Assembly (NCBI GenBank): GCA_021792255.1
Contig: JAJYUZ010000003.1
Coordinates: 160,001-224,000, forward strand
DNA length: 64,000 nucleotides
Reading direction: 5' to 3'
Source: Thermoplasmata archaeon
GTDB lineage: Archaea > Thermoplasmatota > Thermoplasmata > Thermoplasmatales > GCA-001856825
Below the pieces are notes generated by a model. The model saw only the letters and a list, made by a program, of their open reading frames with translations, did no database searches and had not been told where the DNA came from. Positions 38,764 to 48,188 of the stretch are shown here, piece after piece (the stretch's first letter is position 1; each line of letters starts with the position of its first letter). The position numbers were made by a program, and so were the translations under genes.

Positions 38764-40758
38764 ATGTATATTCGCAAAGAAAGGAAAATTATAATTTCTT
38801 TACTGGCAATAATTATCGTACTGGGAAGTTTTGAACTCTTGTTCGATGAGCAGAACACCGTTAATACTGAAGCACAGCATGCGGCTTCAGCGAGCCTGAA
38901 TCTGATACCTTCAACGGATCTTTCTTCTATTTCTCTTAGTTCGGTTCAGACCGGACCGATGAACGCTTTTCCTGGGCAATTGATTAATGAGTCCTACTAT
39001 CTGGGAACAACGGATCCTTCTGCGTCATACTATGAAGTTACTGTCACTCTCAACAATTCATCATATGAAACATTGGATGTATTTCCTACTGGCACAAGCG
39101 CTCTAACTCCTAGCGGGTACTATCTTCTTTTTTCTTTTGAGATGCCAAACGATCAACCCGGTATGTGGTGGACCGTGGGATATCATATTTTACCCGTTAC
39201 GGTTTCTACTATTCAAGAAGGAGAACAGACCATACTAACAACAGAAGGAAGCCAAGTTTGGATGCAGTATTCAACTGAATCCATGGCAGGTAATTACATG
39301 ATTAAGGGTACCGCAAATTTTTCTTTTACAAGCAACTGTACAGAAGTTCAGTTGTATCCGTCTAATCCTCAAGGCACAATAATAGTATCTTCACAAGTAA
39401 ATTATTGGAATTTTGGATCAGGAGTTATTAAAGTTGACTTTTCCCTTTATGAAAATATTGGAAACTCGAATGGGCTCACAACTCCACCATTGGTGTCTGC
39501 CTCAATTGACTATGATGTCCCTTCGTCCTTGGCAACATCTGGGAGTTTGATATCCGGGTCAGATTACAGAATTACTTTGATTCAAGGAAACGGAGCATAT
39601 ATAATGGGAATAACTTCAGGACAAATTGCCGAAATTACTGATGCTATGAACCAGACTCTTTCCATACCTATTTCGCAGTTGAATGCAGCAGTTGTATCAA
39701 TAAACGGAGACGTCGCGACCTTACAAACATCATTCGGAACAATGCTGACAGATCTCAGTTCAATAAACGCTTCTATCTCAACAATAAGATCGGGAGTTGC
39801 TTATCTGAACACTTCCATCGGGCAAGTCAAGACTTCTCTATCATCCATAAACGCTACCATCGTGACCATAAAAGATGACACGATCACCCTAGAAACTTCT
39901 CTAGGGACCATATACACAAATCTTAATGCCGTGAACGCGACTGTTTCAAGCATCAAGAATGATCAGGCTACGATAACTACAGCAATAGGAAATGTTCAGG
40001 TCTCTCTGAGCAGTATCAATGCGATAATTCTTTCTATTGAGAATGGTGAAGCCAGTATAATTACCGACATGGGATTAATTGAAACTTCTCTCTTTAATCT
40101 CAACGCGACCCTCGTCTCTGTAAGTTCGGGAGAGGCCAAAATTTCTACCGATATTGGAGATATAAACACGTCTATCCGTTCGCTGAATGCTTCATTTGAT
40201 GGAATTAGTGGAACGGCAGCGGTAATTCAGACAGATATAGGGATAATAGAGACTTCACTGAACTCAATTAACGCCACTATCTTCTCGATTCACCTAGGAA
40301 TTGTGGGATTGAATACTTCGATCGGTAAAATAGAGGTTTCATTGAAATCTCTAAATGCTTCGATAATTGGACTCTCGGGAGACACGGCTAAAATCATGAC
40401 GATAGCTGGAGAGGTCAACGCATCCTTGAGTGACCTGAATACGACCATTTTTGTTTCAGGAAGCGGCACTTCTTGGTTCAATGACACTTACGCAACTATA
40501 GAAACGTGTTTAGGAAACATAACTGGAACAGTCACAAAGGTCTCTAACGATACCGCGACAATCGAGACCAATCTTGGTGTTGTCACGGCATCTGTGAATA
40601 GCATAAAGACGATGAACGGTCAAGACCTGAGTGGAGATTCTTTTTCCCTTTTCGATATCATTGTCATTGCGTTGTTGGGGGCATTGATTATCATTGCATC
40701 CCTAGCAATGCTAAGCTCCAGAAGCACACTCAAGATAATGGGAGATAGAGTGAAATGA
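38764..40758 (+). CDS. Secreted/surface glycoprotein with 28-aa repeat stalk and C-terminal membrane anchor
   Basis: N-terminal basic plus hydrophobic signal, Ser/Thr-rich beta-like region, about 10 repeats of 28 aa, C-terminal TM; ATG 38764 preferred over TTG 38740. Confidence 0.85.
   Translation: MYIRKERKIIISLLAIIIVLGSFELLFDEQNTVNTEAQHAASASLNLIPSTDLSSISLSSVQTGPMNAFPGQLINESYYLGTTDPSASYYEVTVTLNNSSYETLDVFPTGTSALTPSGYYLLFSFEMPNDQPGMWWTVGYHILPVTVSTIQEGEQTILTTEGSQVWMQYSTESMAGNYMIKGTANFSFTSNCTEVQLYPSNPQGTIIVSSQVNYWNFGSGVIKVDFSLYENIGNSNGLTTPPLVSASIDYDVPSSLATSGSLISGSDYRITLIQGNGAYIMGITSGQIAEITDAMNQTLSIPISQLNAAVVSINGDVATLQTSFGTMLTDLSSINASISTIRSGVAYLNTSIGQVKTSLSSINATIVTIKDDTITLETSLGTIYTNLNAVNATVSSIKNDQATITTAIGNVQVSLSSINAIILSIENGEASIITDMGLIETSLFNLNATLVSVSSGEAKISTDIGDINTSIRSLNASFDGISGTAAVIQTDIGIIETSLNSINATIFSIHLGIVGLNTSIGKIEVSLKSLNASIIGLSGDTAKIMTIAGEVNASLSDLNTTIFVSGSGTSWFNDTYATIETCLGNITGTVTKVSNDTATIETNLGVVTASVNSIKTMNGQDLSGDSFSLFDIIVIALLGALIIIASLAMLSSRSTLKIMGDRVK
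39670..40600 (+). repeat. Intragenic 84-nt (28-aa) degenerate tandem repeat
   Basis: Consensus about L-s-s-I-N-A-[ST]-I-x-s-I-x-x-x-x-A-x-I-x-T-x-I-G-x-I-x-x-S; nine exact-length units plus two variants. Confidence 0.85.
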
Positions 40759-40944
40759 CGAGAGGAGAGTTTAGAGTTGAAGCTCAACTCAATAATCTTC
40801 TCTTTTTTCACAAAATTAAGAATGTTTAATATCACATAGTCCATTAACAAATTTACCAATGAACTCGCACGCGCCAGAAATAAAGACAGAACTGGAGAGA
40901 TGCGTTGATGCACTTTCTAGAATAGATTACAGGAGGAATGAAAA

Positions 40945-41817
40945 TTGGAACTAATTTCTTTACTTTATGGGATATATCCAAGATCGGAGAATCTTAGACG
41001 TTCTTATGGAAAATGGGAAAAAGGACAATTGAATACCAAGGAAATTTCTGATAAGATACAGGAGGAATCTTCGATTTACTACGAGCTAGTGAAAGAAGCG
41101 GCGTTGAATTACTTCACGGATCCCCTGTTCAACTGGTACGATTTACTTCGTCCGATCGCGCTGTCAGTGGAGGGGATAAGGCTAGGTTCCCTTACTAGAT
41201 ACAAAGAAACGAACACCTTCTACAGGCAACCAGAAATAGATGCTATTGGAAAACTTAGGGAGGTGAAAGGCTTCAAAGAATTAGAGGAGAATCCTCCTTT
41301 CCCGATGTACCACGAACTAGAGAATGAATCATATCTACATTTCCTACCGGGAATCAATTCATTCGTAAGAATGAGCAAGGTCTCTGGAGACTTTTCAAAG
41401 GTCAGAAATGAGCTAAAAGACATCTACCTAAAACTTATAGAAATGCTAAAGATCAAACGTCTACTGATATACGAACCCTTCGAGGCCGAAGATTTTGAGA
41501 TCTACAATGAACTAAAAAGTGTCACTTCCTTATTTCTAGTAATAACTGGAAACAGTGGAAGATTCAGCGCTGATGGAGGAAAAAAATTCTATTCGATAAT
41601 TGGAAATGACCCTTACGCGTACTCTAAATATTGCGAGGTTCCAGGAATAAAAGTTGTCGATGCTCAAAGCACAAAAATTGACGATGGAGTACTGGAGAAG
41701 GTGAAGGCTCTGTCTAGCGATTTTGATAAACTCATAGTCGCAAACACGGAAAGCTTTGATTTTCTACCTAGAATCATAGCTGACAAGAAAGTATTCAGTT
41801 TCAAAGGTGATGCATGA
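40945..41817 (+). CDS. MetE N-terminal-like subunit (split MetE partner)
   Basis: GIYPRS, TDPLFNWYDLLRP, LTRYKETNTFYRQP, DFLPRIIADKK; overlaps the downstream methionine synthase start. Confidence 0.78.
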   Translation: MELISLLYGIYPRSENLRRSYGKWEKGQLNTKEISDKIQEESSIYYELVKEAALNYFTDPLFNWYDLLRPIALSVEGIRLGSLTRYKETNTFYRQPEIDAIGKLREVKGFKELEENPPFPMYHELENESYLHFLPGINSFVRMSKVSGDFSKVRNELKDIYLKLIEMLKIKRLLIYEPFEAEDFEIYNELKSVTSLFLVITGNSGRFSADGGKKFYSIIGNDPYAYSKYCEVPGIKVVDAQSTKIDDGVLEKVKALSSDFDKLIVANTESFDFLPRIIADKKVFSFKGDA

Positions 41818-42824
41818 TGGAAGAACTTATAACCCAAGAAATAGGGAGTTTCAGGAAGCCCACTTATCTATCCTCTAAATTCAGATCTTTCAAAGAGAAT
41901 GAATTTCAAGAGGTTGCGAAGAAAGCTACTCTAGAAACGCTAGACCTTTTCGAGAAGAGCGGACTGGAGAATATCGGGGTTGGCGGTGAAATGTTCAGAT
42001 GGGAGATGTACGAGCATCCCATTTCAAGAATGGATGGCGTGAAAATCTTCGGCCCAGTGAGGTCATTCGACAATAGGTACTACAACAAGGGAAGCGTGTA
42101 CGAAGACCTCAAGAGAAAAGAGCCCTTCCACTTGGAGGAGATCCAACTATTCAACCAACTGAAGATGAAGAACATCAAGCTCCCTGTGACGGGACCGTAC
42201 ACACTAATGGACTGGTCTTTTAACGACCACTACAAGAGCAGAGAGGAGCTTGCTCTTGTGTTTGGCAAGATAATGAATCAGGAGTTACGGGAACTGAAGT
42301 CTGCGTGGGGAGACGGCACTCTCCAAATTCAGATAGACGAACCTGCTGCGACAACCCATCCCGAAGAGATGGAATTAGTCAGAGAATCCGTGAACGAAAG
42401 TGTGAAAGGAATAGATGGGATCGAAACGCATCTTCACGTTTGTTTCAGCACGGACTATGGTCTCCTTTACAGCATTGCTCCATCCCTAGATATTTCTGTC
42501 TATAACTTGGAGTTCGCAAACAGGGATCCAATCTCACTCCAAGACCAACGGAATGGATACGATGACGTCAGAAGATTCAAGGAGACTGCAGAAACGATGA
42601 CGAAAAAGATAAGTCTGGGGCTGGGGGTAACGGACATTCACAAGGATTTCATCGAGCCTCCCCAACTCATTAAGGAGAGAATCGAATACGCTCTCAAGTT
42701 CCTGGAACCCGATCAGCTAAGGATCAATCCGGACTGTGGATTGAGGACGCGAAGCAGGGAAATCGGGTATGAAAAACTGAAGAACATGGTGACAGCCACG
42801 AACGAGGTCGTGAAGGCTCTATAA
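41814..42824 (+). CDS. metE: Cobalamin-independent methionine synthase, catalytic (Zn) subunit
   Basis: EIGSFRKP, TGPYTL, IQIDEPA, HLHVC (Zn), LEFA, NPDCGLRT. Confidence 0.92.
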   Translation: MMEELITQEIGSFRKPTYLSSKFRSFKENEFQEVAKKATLETLDLFEKSGLENIGVGGEMFRWEMYEHPISRMDGVKIFGPVRSFDNRYYNKGSVYEDLKRKEPFHLEEIQLFNQLKMKNIKLPVTGPYTLMDWSFNDHYKSREELALVFGKIMNQELRELKSAWGDGTLQIQIDEPAATTHPEEMELVRESVNESVKGIDGIETHLHVCFSTDYGLLYSIAPSLDISVYNLEFANRDPISLQDQRNGYDDVRRFKETAETMTKKISLGLGVTDIHKDFIEPPQLIKERIEYALKFLEPDQLRINPDCGLRTRSREIGYEKLKNMVTATNEVVKAL

Positions 42825-42853
42825 ACATATATTCTAAAATTTCATCCTGAAGC

Positions 42854-43867
42854 ATGCAAAGAGCAGCGGTTCTCACCAAGATCAAGGAGTACCCTCAAGT
42901 CAAGGAAATTGAAGATGAACCTCTTAGAGAAAATGAAGTCCTGATCGAACAGACTGAGACTGGAATTTGTTATAGAGATATCCTGACGATGGAGGGATTT
43001 TTCCCCAGACTAGTCCTTCCTATCGTCCCGGGCCACGAAATTTCAGGAGTGATTAAGAAGACTGGTTCAAAGGTCACAAAGTTCAAGGAAGGAGAAAGAG
43101 TTTCTAGTCTGATCTATGTCCCGTGCGGAACGTGCGAATACTGCAAATCCGGTAGAGAAAATCTGTGCAGAAATAGGAAGACTTTCGGGGAAAGTATGAA
43201 TGGAGCTTACAGGAAATACATTCACGTCCCAGAAATATCACTTGTCAAGGTTCCTCCTGGAGTTAGCAGTGAAGCGGCTGCAATATCTGCGTGCGTCACA
43301 GGAATGATCGTAGAGGCACTGGAAGTAGTGGGAGGGCTGAAAGAGGGCCAAACAGTCTTGATAACTGGTGCAGGAGGGGGAGTCGGGTCCCACGCAGTTC
43401 AAATTGCCAAAGCACTTGGAGCAAAAGTAGTTGCGGAAACTAGTAGCGAATGGAAGAAAGAGATGATTCAGAAAGTTGGCGCAGATTTTGTCGTTGGAGG
43501 ACAGAATTTTTCACAGAAGGTTAAGGAGATCACTGGAGAGGGAGTCGATCTCACATTGGAGACAGTGGGATCACCTACCTTCAACGACACGTTCAGATCA
43601 CTGAAATTTGGAGGCAGAGTAGTTGTCGTTGGCAACGTCGATGTCAATCCTGTCAGCCTACCACTAGGAAACCTGATACTCAAAGGAAACTCTATAGCAG
43701 GAAGCATCAGTTCGACCAAGAAGAGCGTGGAGAAGGCGCTGAATCTTTCAAAGGAAGGAAAAATATCCCCCGTCGTAGGCAAAGTGTTTGAGCTTAACCA
43801 AGTCGCGGACGCCTATAAGGCGATGAAGAACAGGGAACTGTTCGGTAGAGCCTTTTTAAGACTCTAA
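42854..43867 (+). CDS. Zn-dependent MDR alcohol dehydrogenase / acryloyl-CoA reductase-like
   Basis: GICYRD, GHE, CGTCEYC..C, TGAGGGVG. Confidence 0.9.
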   Translation: MQRAAVLTKIKEYPQVKEIEDEPLRENEVLIEQTETGICYRDILTMEGFFPRLVLPIVPGHEISGVIKKTGSKVTKFKEGERVSSLIYVPCGTCEYCKSGRENLCRNRKTFGESMNGAYRKYIHVPEISLVKVPPGVSSEAAAISACVTGMIVEALEVVGGLKEGQTVLITGAGGGVGSHAVQIAKALGAKVVAETSSEWKKEMIQKVGADFVVGGQNFSQKVKEITGEGVDLTLETVGSPTFNDTFRSLKFGGRVVVVGNVDVNPVSLPLGNLILKGNSIAGSISSTKKSVEKALNLSKEGKISPVVGKVFELNQVADAYKAMKNRELFGRAFLRL

Positions 43868-44373
43868 TTTTTTGGCTTTAGAGATATATTTTTCTCGTCA
43901 ACGAATTTCGATATATTTTCTATATTTCCGTTGATTATTTCAAGAACCACTGCATCGAAGTCTCCAGATATTGATGCGGACCTAAAACTGTTAATGTTGT
44001 CAAGTAGGTCTATGGAATTTCTGAATCCAGCTTCGTCCAAGAGATAGAGTTTCTGAGCGTCCGGCTCAGTTATCATAAGGGGCTCCGATGGGAGTGCCAC
44101 TTTCATGTTCTTTAGCTCTTCGATTTTCCTGTAGACCTCTCCCGCTTTGTCCTTTTCGTCGTGCTTGTCGTACATCTCCAGGTTGTCGATCGCTGCCTTG
44201 AAATTCGTCAGAGATACATCTACCCTCTTTTTTATGTCATCACTGAGGATCTGTGAAGAAATCCTCGCATCCGTTCCAATCTTGTATCCTTTGTAGCCAC
44301 TCAATTTGTTTTGAATTCGCTTGAGAATGATTGCGGCCTTGTCTGGAGGTAGGTCAATTCTTATACTGCTCAT
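43864..44373 (-). CDS. Hypothetical helical protein
   Basis: Start at ATG 44373 (MSSIRIDL), with TATA-like sequence upstream; track extends to 44454. Confidence 0.7.
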   Translation of the reverse strand: MSSIRIDLPPDKAAIILKRIQNKLSGYKGYKIGTDARISSQILSDDIKKRVDVSLTNFKAAIDNLEMYDKHDEKDKAGEVYRKIEELKNMKVALPSEPLMITEPDAQKLYLLDEAGFRNSIDLLDNINSFRSASISGDFDAVVLEIINGNIENISKFVDEKNISLKPKN

Positions 44374-44685
44374 CTTTCTTGCGATAATAGAGATATATAT
44401 TAGGGTTGTGAGAGCCTGGAATTGACAATTTTCATTGCCAAGAGGATAGATCATTTCAATACTATGCCATTTTTATACCAGAAAATATAATTTAATTCTA
44501 TTATTCTACTCTGGTCCCCTCCTATAATAAAATAGGGACCAATCCATACCCTTATCTGTTATTGCACCATCAAATGCTCATTGCCCAGTTTCTAGGATAT
44601 AACGGTTAGGATCAAATATCAGAGTCTTCATTTTCACAATATTCTGTTTCGCGGGAACTATGCTACACGACACAAAAGAGCTTTA

Positions 44686-45312
44686 CTATTTCGATTTTCT
44701 GGCATAGATGTAACAATAGTCAAATGGTCTCATATAGTCATCGGATTCGATAAACATCTCTGATATTTCGAAACGAGCCTTGTTCAGGAGCAATCGCAAT
44801 TTATCTGGGGTGTAATAGTTTACATTTATTTTCCCCCCTTCTCTAGATTCTTCCTCTCTTGTCAAATCTTCATTCCCGGTTCTTGTTGCGACAAAGAATG
44901 TGCCATCTTGTTTTAGAACACGTCTTGACTCTTCTAAGGTTGCCATTACTCCATTTTCGTCAAGGTGGAGAAGACATCCAGAATTCCAGATTCCATCAAA
45001 ATAATCCTCGGAGAACCGGAGAAACCTCATGTCCATCTCAATAAACTCCGCGTCTGGATTCGCTCTAATGGCGATTTTGAGCATAGCTTTAGAGACATCT
45101 ATTCCAGTGACTCTGTAACCATCCCTCATGAAATACTTGACAAATCGCCCTGTACCGCAACCGGCGTCCAGTATATGACCGGAATGCTTGACGTTCCTGA
45201 TGAACCTAGTATATCGCGTTATGGCTTTCTGAATCATCGCTGGATTGTTGATTTCTTCATTAAAACTCCGATGATAATTCTCCGCCGCTTCTTTGGAACT
45301 GTAGTGATCCAA
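44686..45312 (-). CDS. Class I SAM-dependent methyltransferase
   Basis: ILDAGCGTG, GIDVS, MDMR, FDGIW, RRVLKQDG. Confidence 0.9.
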   Translation of the reverse strand: MDHYSSKEAAENYHRSFNEEINNPAMIQKAITRYTRFIRNVKHSGHILDAGCGTGRFVKYFMRDGYRVTGIDVSKAMLKIAIRANPDAEFIEMDMRFLRFSEDYFDGIWNSGCLLHLDENGVMATLEESRRVLKQDGTFFVATRTGNEDLTREEESREGGKINVNYYTPDKLRLLLNKARFEISEMFIESDDYMRPFDYCYIYARKSK

Positions 45313-45335
45313 CTACAAACAATAAGTCAGTAATG

Positions 45336-45354
45336 CTTAGACATTTTGTCTAAG
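45336..45354. promoter_or_regulatory. Perfect inverted repeat, candidate operator
   Basis: CTTAGACA-TTT-TGTCTAAG lies between a TTTAAA box (45365-45370) and the methyltransferase start. Confidence 0.5.
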
Positions 45355-45501
45355 GTAAAGAGACTTTAAAGAGAGGAGCGAAAGAAAGCACAAAATGGCC
45401 ACACTCAGTTCTTTATTCTGTCTCACTTGATTTGCATTCATTATAAAAAGAAATCAATTTATAATAAGTCACAATCCTGTTTGCTTAATAGGTGAATAAA
45501 A

Positions 45502-46095
45502 TTGCCCTCAAAAAGTAGCTATTCGTTCCAGTCTGATAACTTTCTCACATCCAAGGAAGAAATGAAAGGAATGGTCAGGCAAAGGATGACAGAGTGGAGA
45601 GCATCAGGCACAGTAGAGAGGATTTCAACTCCAACAAAGTTATCGAGGGCCAGGGCACTCGGATATAAGGCCAAACCTGGATTTGTTGTCGTTAGAGTTA
45701 AGGTAAACAGAGGTAATATTCACAAACCAAAGATACTCGGTGGAAGAAGGCCAAGGAGATACGGTTACAACAAACTTACTCACGGAAAGAGCGAGAAATG
45801 GATCGCTGAAGAAAGGGCGCAGAGAAGATATCCCAATCTCGTTCTCCTGAATTCGTATTACCTAGCAGAGGATGGAAAGCACAAATTCTACGAAGTTATG
45901 TTTGTGGACCCGGAGCATCCCTCAATTGCAAAAGACAAGAATCTGAATTGGACCGCCGATAAAGCGCAGAAAGGGAGAGTATTCAGAGGACTTTCGACTG
46001 CGGGTAAGAAATCAAGAGGACTCGCAACAAAAGGCAAGGGCACTGTGAAATCCAGACCATCCATTAGGGCTAAGGGTAGACTCAGGAGACACTGA
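45502..46095 (+). CDS. rpl15e: 50S ribosomal protein L15e
   Basis: RARALGYKAKPG, AEERAQRRYPNL.LLNSY, GRVFRGL, SRPSIRA. Confidence 0.97.
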   Translation: MPSKSSYSFQSDNFLTSKEEMKGMVRQRMTEWRASGTVERISTPTKLSRARALGYKAKPGFVVVRVKVNRGNIHKPKILGGRRPRRYGYNKLTHGKSEKWIAEERAQRRYPNLVLLNSYYLAEDGKHKFYEVMFVDPEHPSIAKDKNLNWTADKAQKGRVFRGLSTAGKKSRGLATKGKGTVKSRPSIRAKGRLRRH

Positions 46096-46447
46096 GTAAA
46101 TATTTCTTTCCCCATCTCTTTATTTCTATCAGATTGTCAGGGTTCTCTAACTTGACCTTCAGACCCCTTTTCTCAAAGCTGGGAGCAAAAAGGTCTATGA
46201 CCTCCCTAGAACCTTCTATTTTGAAAGTACTACCTTTGATCTCGACTTCTTCTGGATTCTCGTTGACTAAATAGCACCATTTACCGCTCACGTTCTTCGT
46301 TCCCTTCATATCTGGGAAAATGAACAGGAAATGAAAGTTGTTCCTTTCCTCGTAGAACTCGACGCTCATCGAGATCAGAGATTCCCTCGTTTCTTTGGAG
46401 CGCTCCCTTCGGACGAGTAATGCCTTCACGACTTTTAATTCCGACAA
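46082..46447 (-). CDS. Hypothetical protein
   Basis: 121-aa ORF filling the gap between rpl15e and a divergent operon. Confidence 0.6.
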   Translation of the reverse strand: MSELKVVKALLVRRERSKETRESLISMSVEFYEERNNFHFLFIFPDMKGTKNVSGKWCYLVNENPEEVEIKGSTFKIEGSREVIDLFAPSFEKRGLKVKLENPDNLIEIKRWGKKYLLSVS

Positions 46448-46483
46448 GGAAAATAAATTTATGCGTGAATTTATTGATATTTA

Positions 46484-46963
46484 GTGAATTTTTCAGTTGT
46501 GCACATCGAAAAAGATGACGAGAATGTTGTGCTAGGACAATCCCATTTCATCAAGACAGTAGAAGACCTCTATGAAGCAATAAAGAATTCTTCTCCATCG
46601 GCCAAGTTTGGGATAGCATTCTGCGAAGCATCGGGGAAGAGATTGATCAGATTTGATGGAAATGACGATGCTCTCACAAAGCGTGCAGTAAGGAACGCTG
46701 AAAAGCTAGGAGCGGGTCACGTCTTCATAATCCATCTAAGGGATTCTTTCCCGATTAACATCATTCCTCACCTGAGGGGGGTACCGGAGGTACTTTCTCT
46801 ATTTGCAGCTACATCCAACTCTCTTTCCGTGATCATTGGCGAAGATGGAGACAGCAGAGGAGTAATTGGAGTGCTGGATGGAGACAGACCCCTTGGTGTC
46901 GAAAAGGATGAGGACATCAAAGAAAGACAGGAGTTTTTGAGGAATATAGGATATAAAAAATGA
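46484..46963 (+). CDS. DUF355 / adenosine-binding ('adenosine-specific kinase') family protein
   Basis: GQSHFIKTVEDL, FGIAFCEASG, GAGHVF, FPINI, RGVIGVLDG, FLRNIGYK. Confidence 0.88.
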   Translation: MNFSVVHIEKDDENVVLGQSHFIKTVEDLYEAIKNSSPSAKFGIAFCEASGKRLIRFDGNDDALTKRAVRNAEKLGAGHVFIIHLRDSFPINIIPHLRGVPEVLSLFAATSNSLSVIIGEDGDSRGVIGVLDGDRPLGVEKDEDIKERQEFLRNIGYKK

Positions 46964-47652
46964 AGGAGATCGAAGATTTCTACGACTTCGAATCGCTGTA
47001 CTACGATGACATATACGGCATATTCAGTCAGGACATAACGTTCTATAAAGCAATGACAGCGACTTCCCCGTGCCTTGAACTCTTTGCAGGCACAGGGAGA
47101 ATAATATGCAAGTTTAGCGGTGGGATAGGTCTAGAAATTAATCCAAACATGTTGCGCAGGTCTAGAAATCATTTCACTAAAGTGATGGGAGATGCGAGGA
47201 TTTTGCCTTTCAAGAAGCACTTCAACACCGTTATCATCGGATTGAACAGCCTTCTATTGGTTCCCAACGGGCAGAAGAGGCTGATACTAAGAGAGTCGAG
47301 GAGGGTACTGAATATAAATGGATACCTCTTCGTGGATGTGTTAAACGGGTTTAACCTTAATAAGGGAACCTACAACATTTCTGATTTCGACGACGGTAAG
47401 ACCAACATTTCTCTGAAAATGAGAGCGAAAAGTCTGAGAGATAGTTACCAGCTAAAGTACACCTACAGGATATTCAATAAGACCAAGAAAAAAGTGGAAA
47501 AGACTATAACCATTTATCCGATAACTTCGATGGAGCTTGAGAAGATGCTGTCTACGGAGAATTTTGAAGTGGACGGAACTTTTGGCGATTACGATCTTTC
47601 TCCTCTACGAGATGACTCAGAGAAGCTGTTGGTGAGAGCAAGGGCTATTTGA
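46960..47652 (+). CDS. Class I SAM-dependent methyltransferase
   Basis: LELFAGTGRI, GDARILPF, FGDYDLSP. Confidence 0.85.
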   Translation: MKEIEDFYDFESLYYDDIYGIFSQDITFYKAMTATSPCLELFAGTGRIICKFSGGIGLEINPNMLRRSRNHFTKVMGDARILPFKKHFNTVIIGLNSLLLVPNGQKRLILRESRRVLNINGYLFVDVLNGFNLNKGTYNISDFDDGKTNISLKMRAKSLRDSYQLKYTYRIFNKTKKKVEKTITIYPITSMELEKMLSTENFEVDGTFGDYDLSPLRDDSEKLLVRARAI

Positions 47653-47659
47653 TTAGAGA

Positions 47660-48076
47660 GTGGGTCCGTTGAGTGCAAAAGACAACGTCGGAAGGATCTT
47701 CAAGTCACTAGAAGACCTGAGAGAAAGGAATCTCTCTGTACCCATAATAGTCGAAGGAATTAACGATGTTAGGGCCCTGAGAAAATTGGAGTTTAAAGGG
47801 GAAATTCTTCAACTTCATTCGTTAATGACGATTGAAGGATTCTGTCGAAATCTATCGAAGAATCACAAGGAAGTCATCCTCCTCCTTGACTGGGACAAAA
47901 AAGGCAAGAGGCTCACCTCTTCGCTCATAAGGCATCTCAATTCCTATGAGGTCAAGAGTGATTATGATTTTTGGAAACTGTGTTTTTCAATGGTATCGCA
48001 GCTGTCGAATGTGGAATCTCTACCTTCAGTCTTTTATAGATTAAACGCTGGGAATGGAGCTTTCCCGCACACCTGA
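47660..48076 (+). CDS. Stand-alone Toprim domain protein (RNase M5/primase-like)
   Basis: IIVEGINDVRAL, ILLLDWDKKG. Confidence 0.85.
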   Translation: MGPLSAKDNVGRIFKSLEDLRERNLSVPIIVEGINDVRALRKLEFKGEILQLHSLMTIEGFCRNLSKNHKEVILLLDWDKKGKRLTSSLIRHLNSYEVKSDYDFWKLCFSMVSQLSNVESLPSVFYRLNAGNGAFPHT

Positions 48077-48188
48077 CACACAGTTCTAACTTTGCTACGT
48101 AGTGTTTCGTACAAACGGGTTTGCCACACATCTTACACGTTACGCCTGCGGGCAGTCCGCATATGTAGCAGAGAGAAAGAACTGTCAT
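47952..48188 (-). CDS. Small Cys/His-rich zinc-finger protein
   Basis: CYIC-x7-CKMC-x4-CTKH-x7-CVRC; ATGA overlap with the upstream MFS gene. Confidence 0.75.
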   Translation of the reverse strand: MTVLSLCYICGLPAGVTCKMCGKPVCTKHYVAKLELCVRCAGKLHSQRLIYKRLKVEIPHSTAAIPLKNTVSKNHNHS

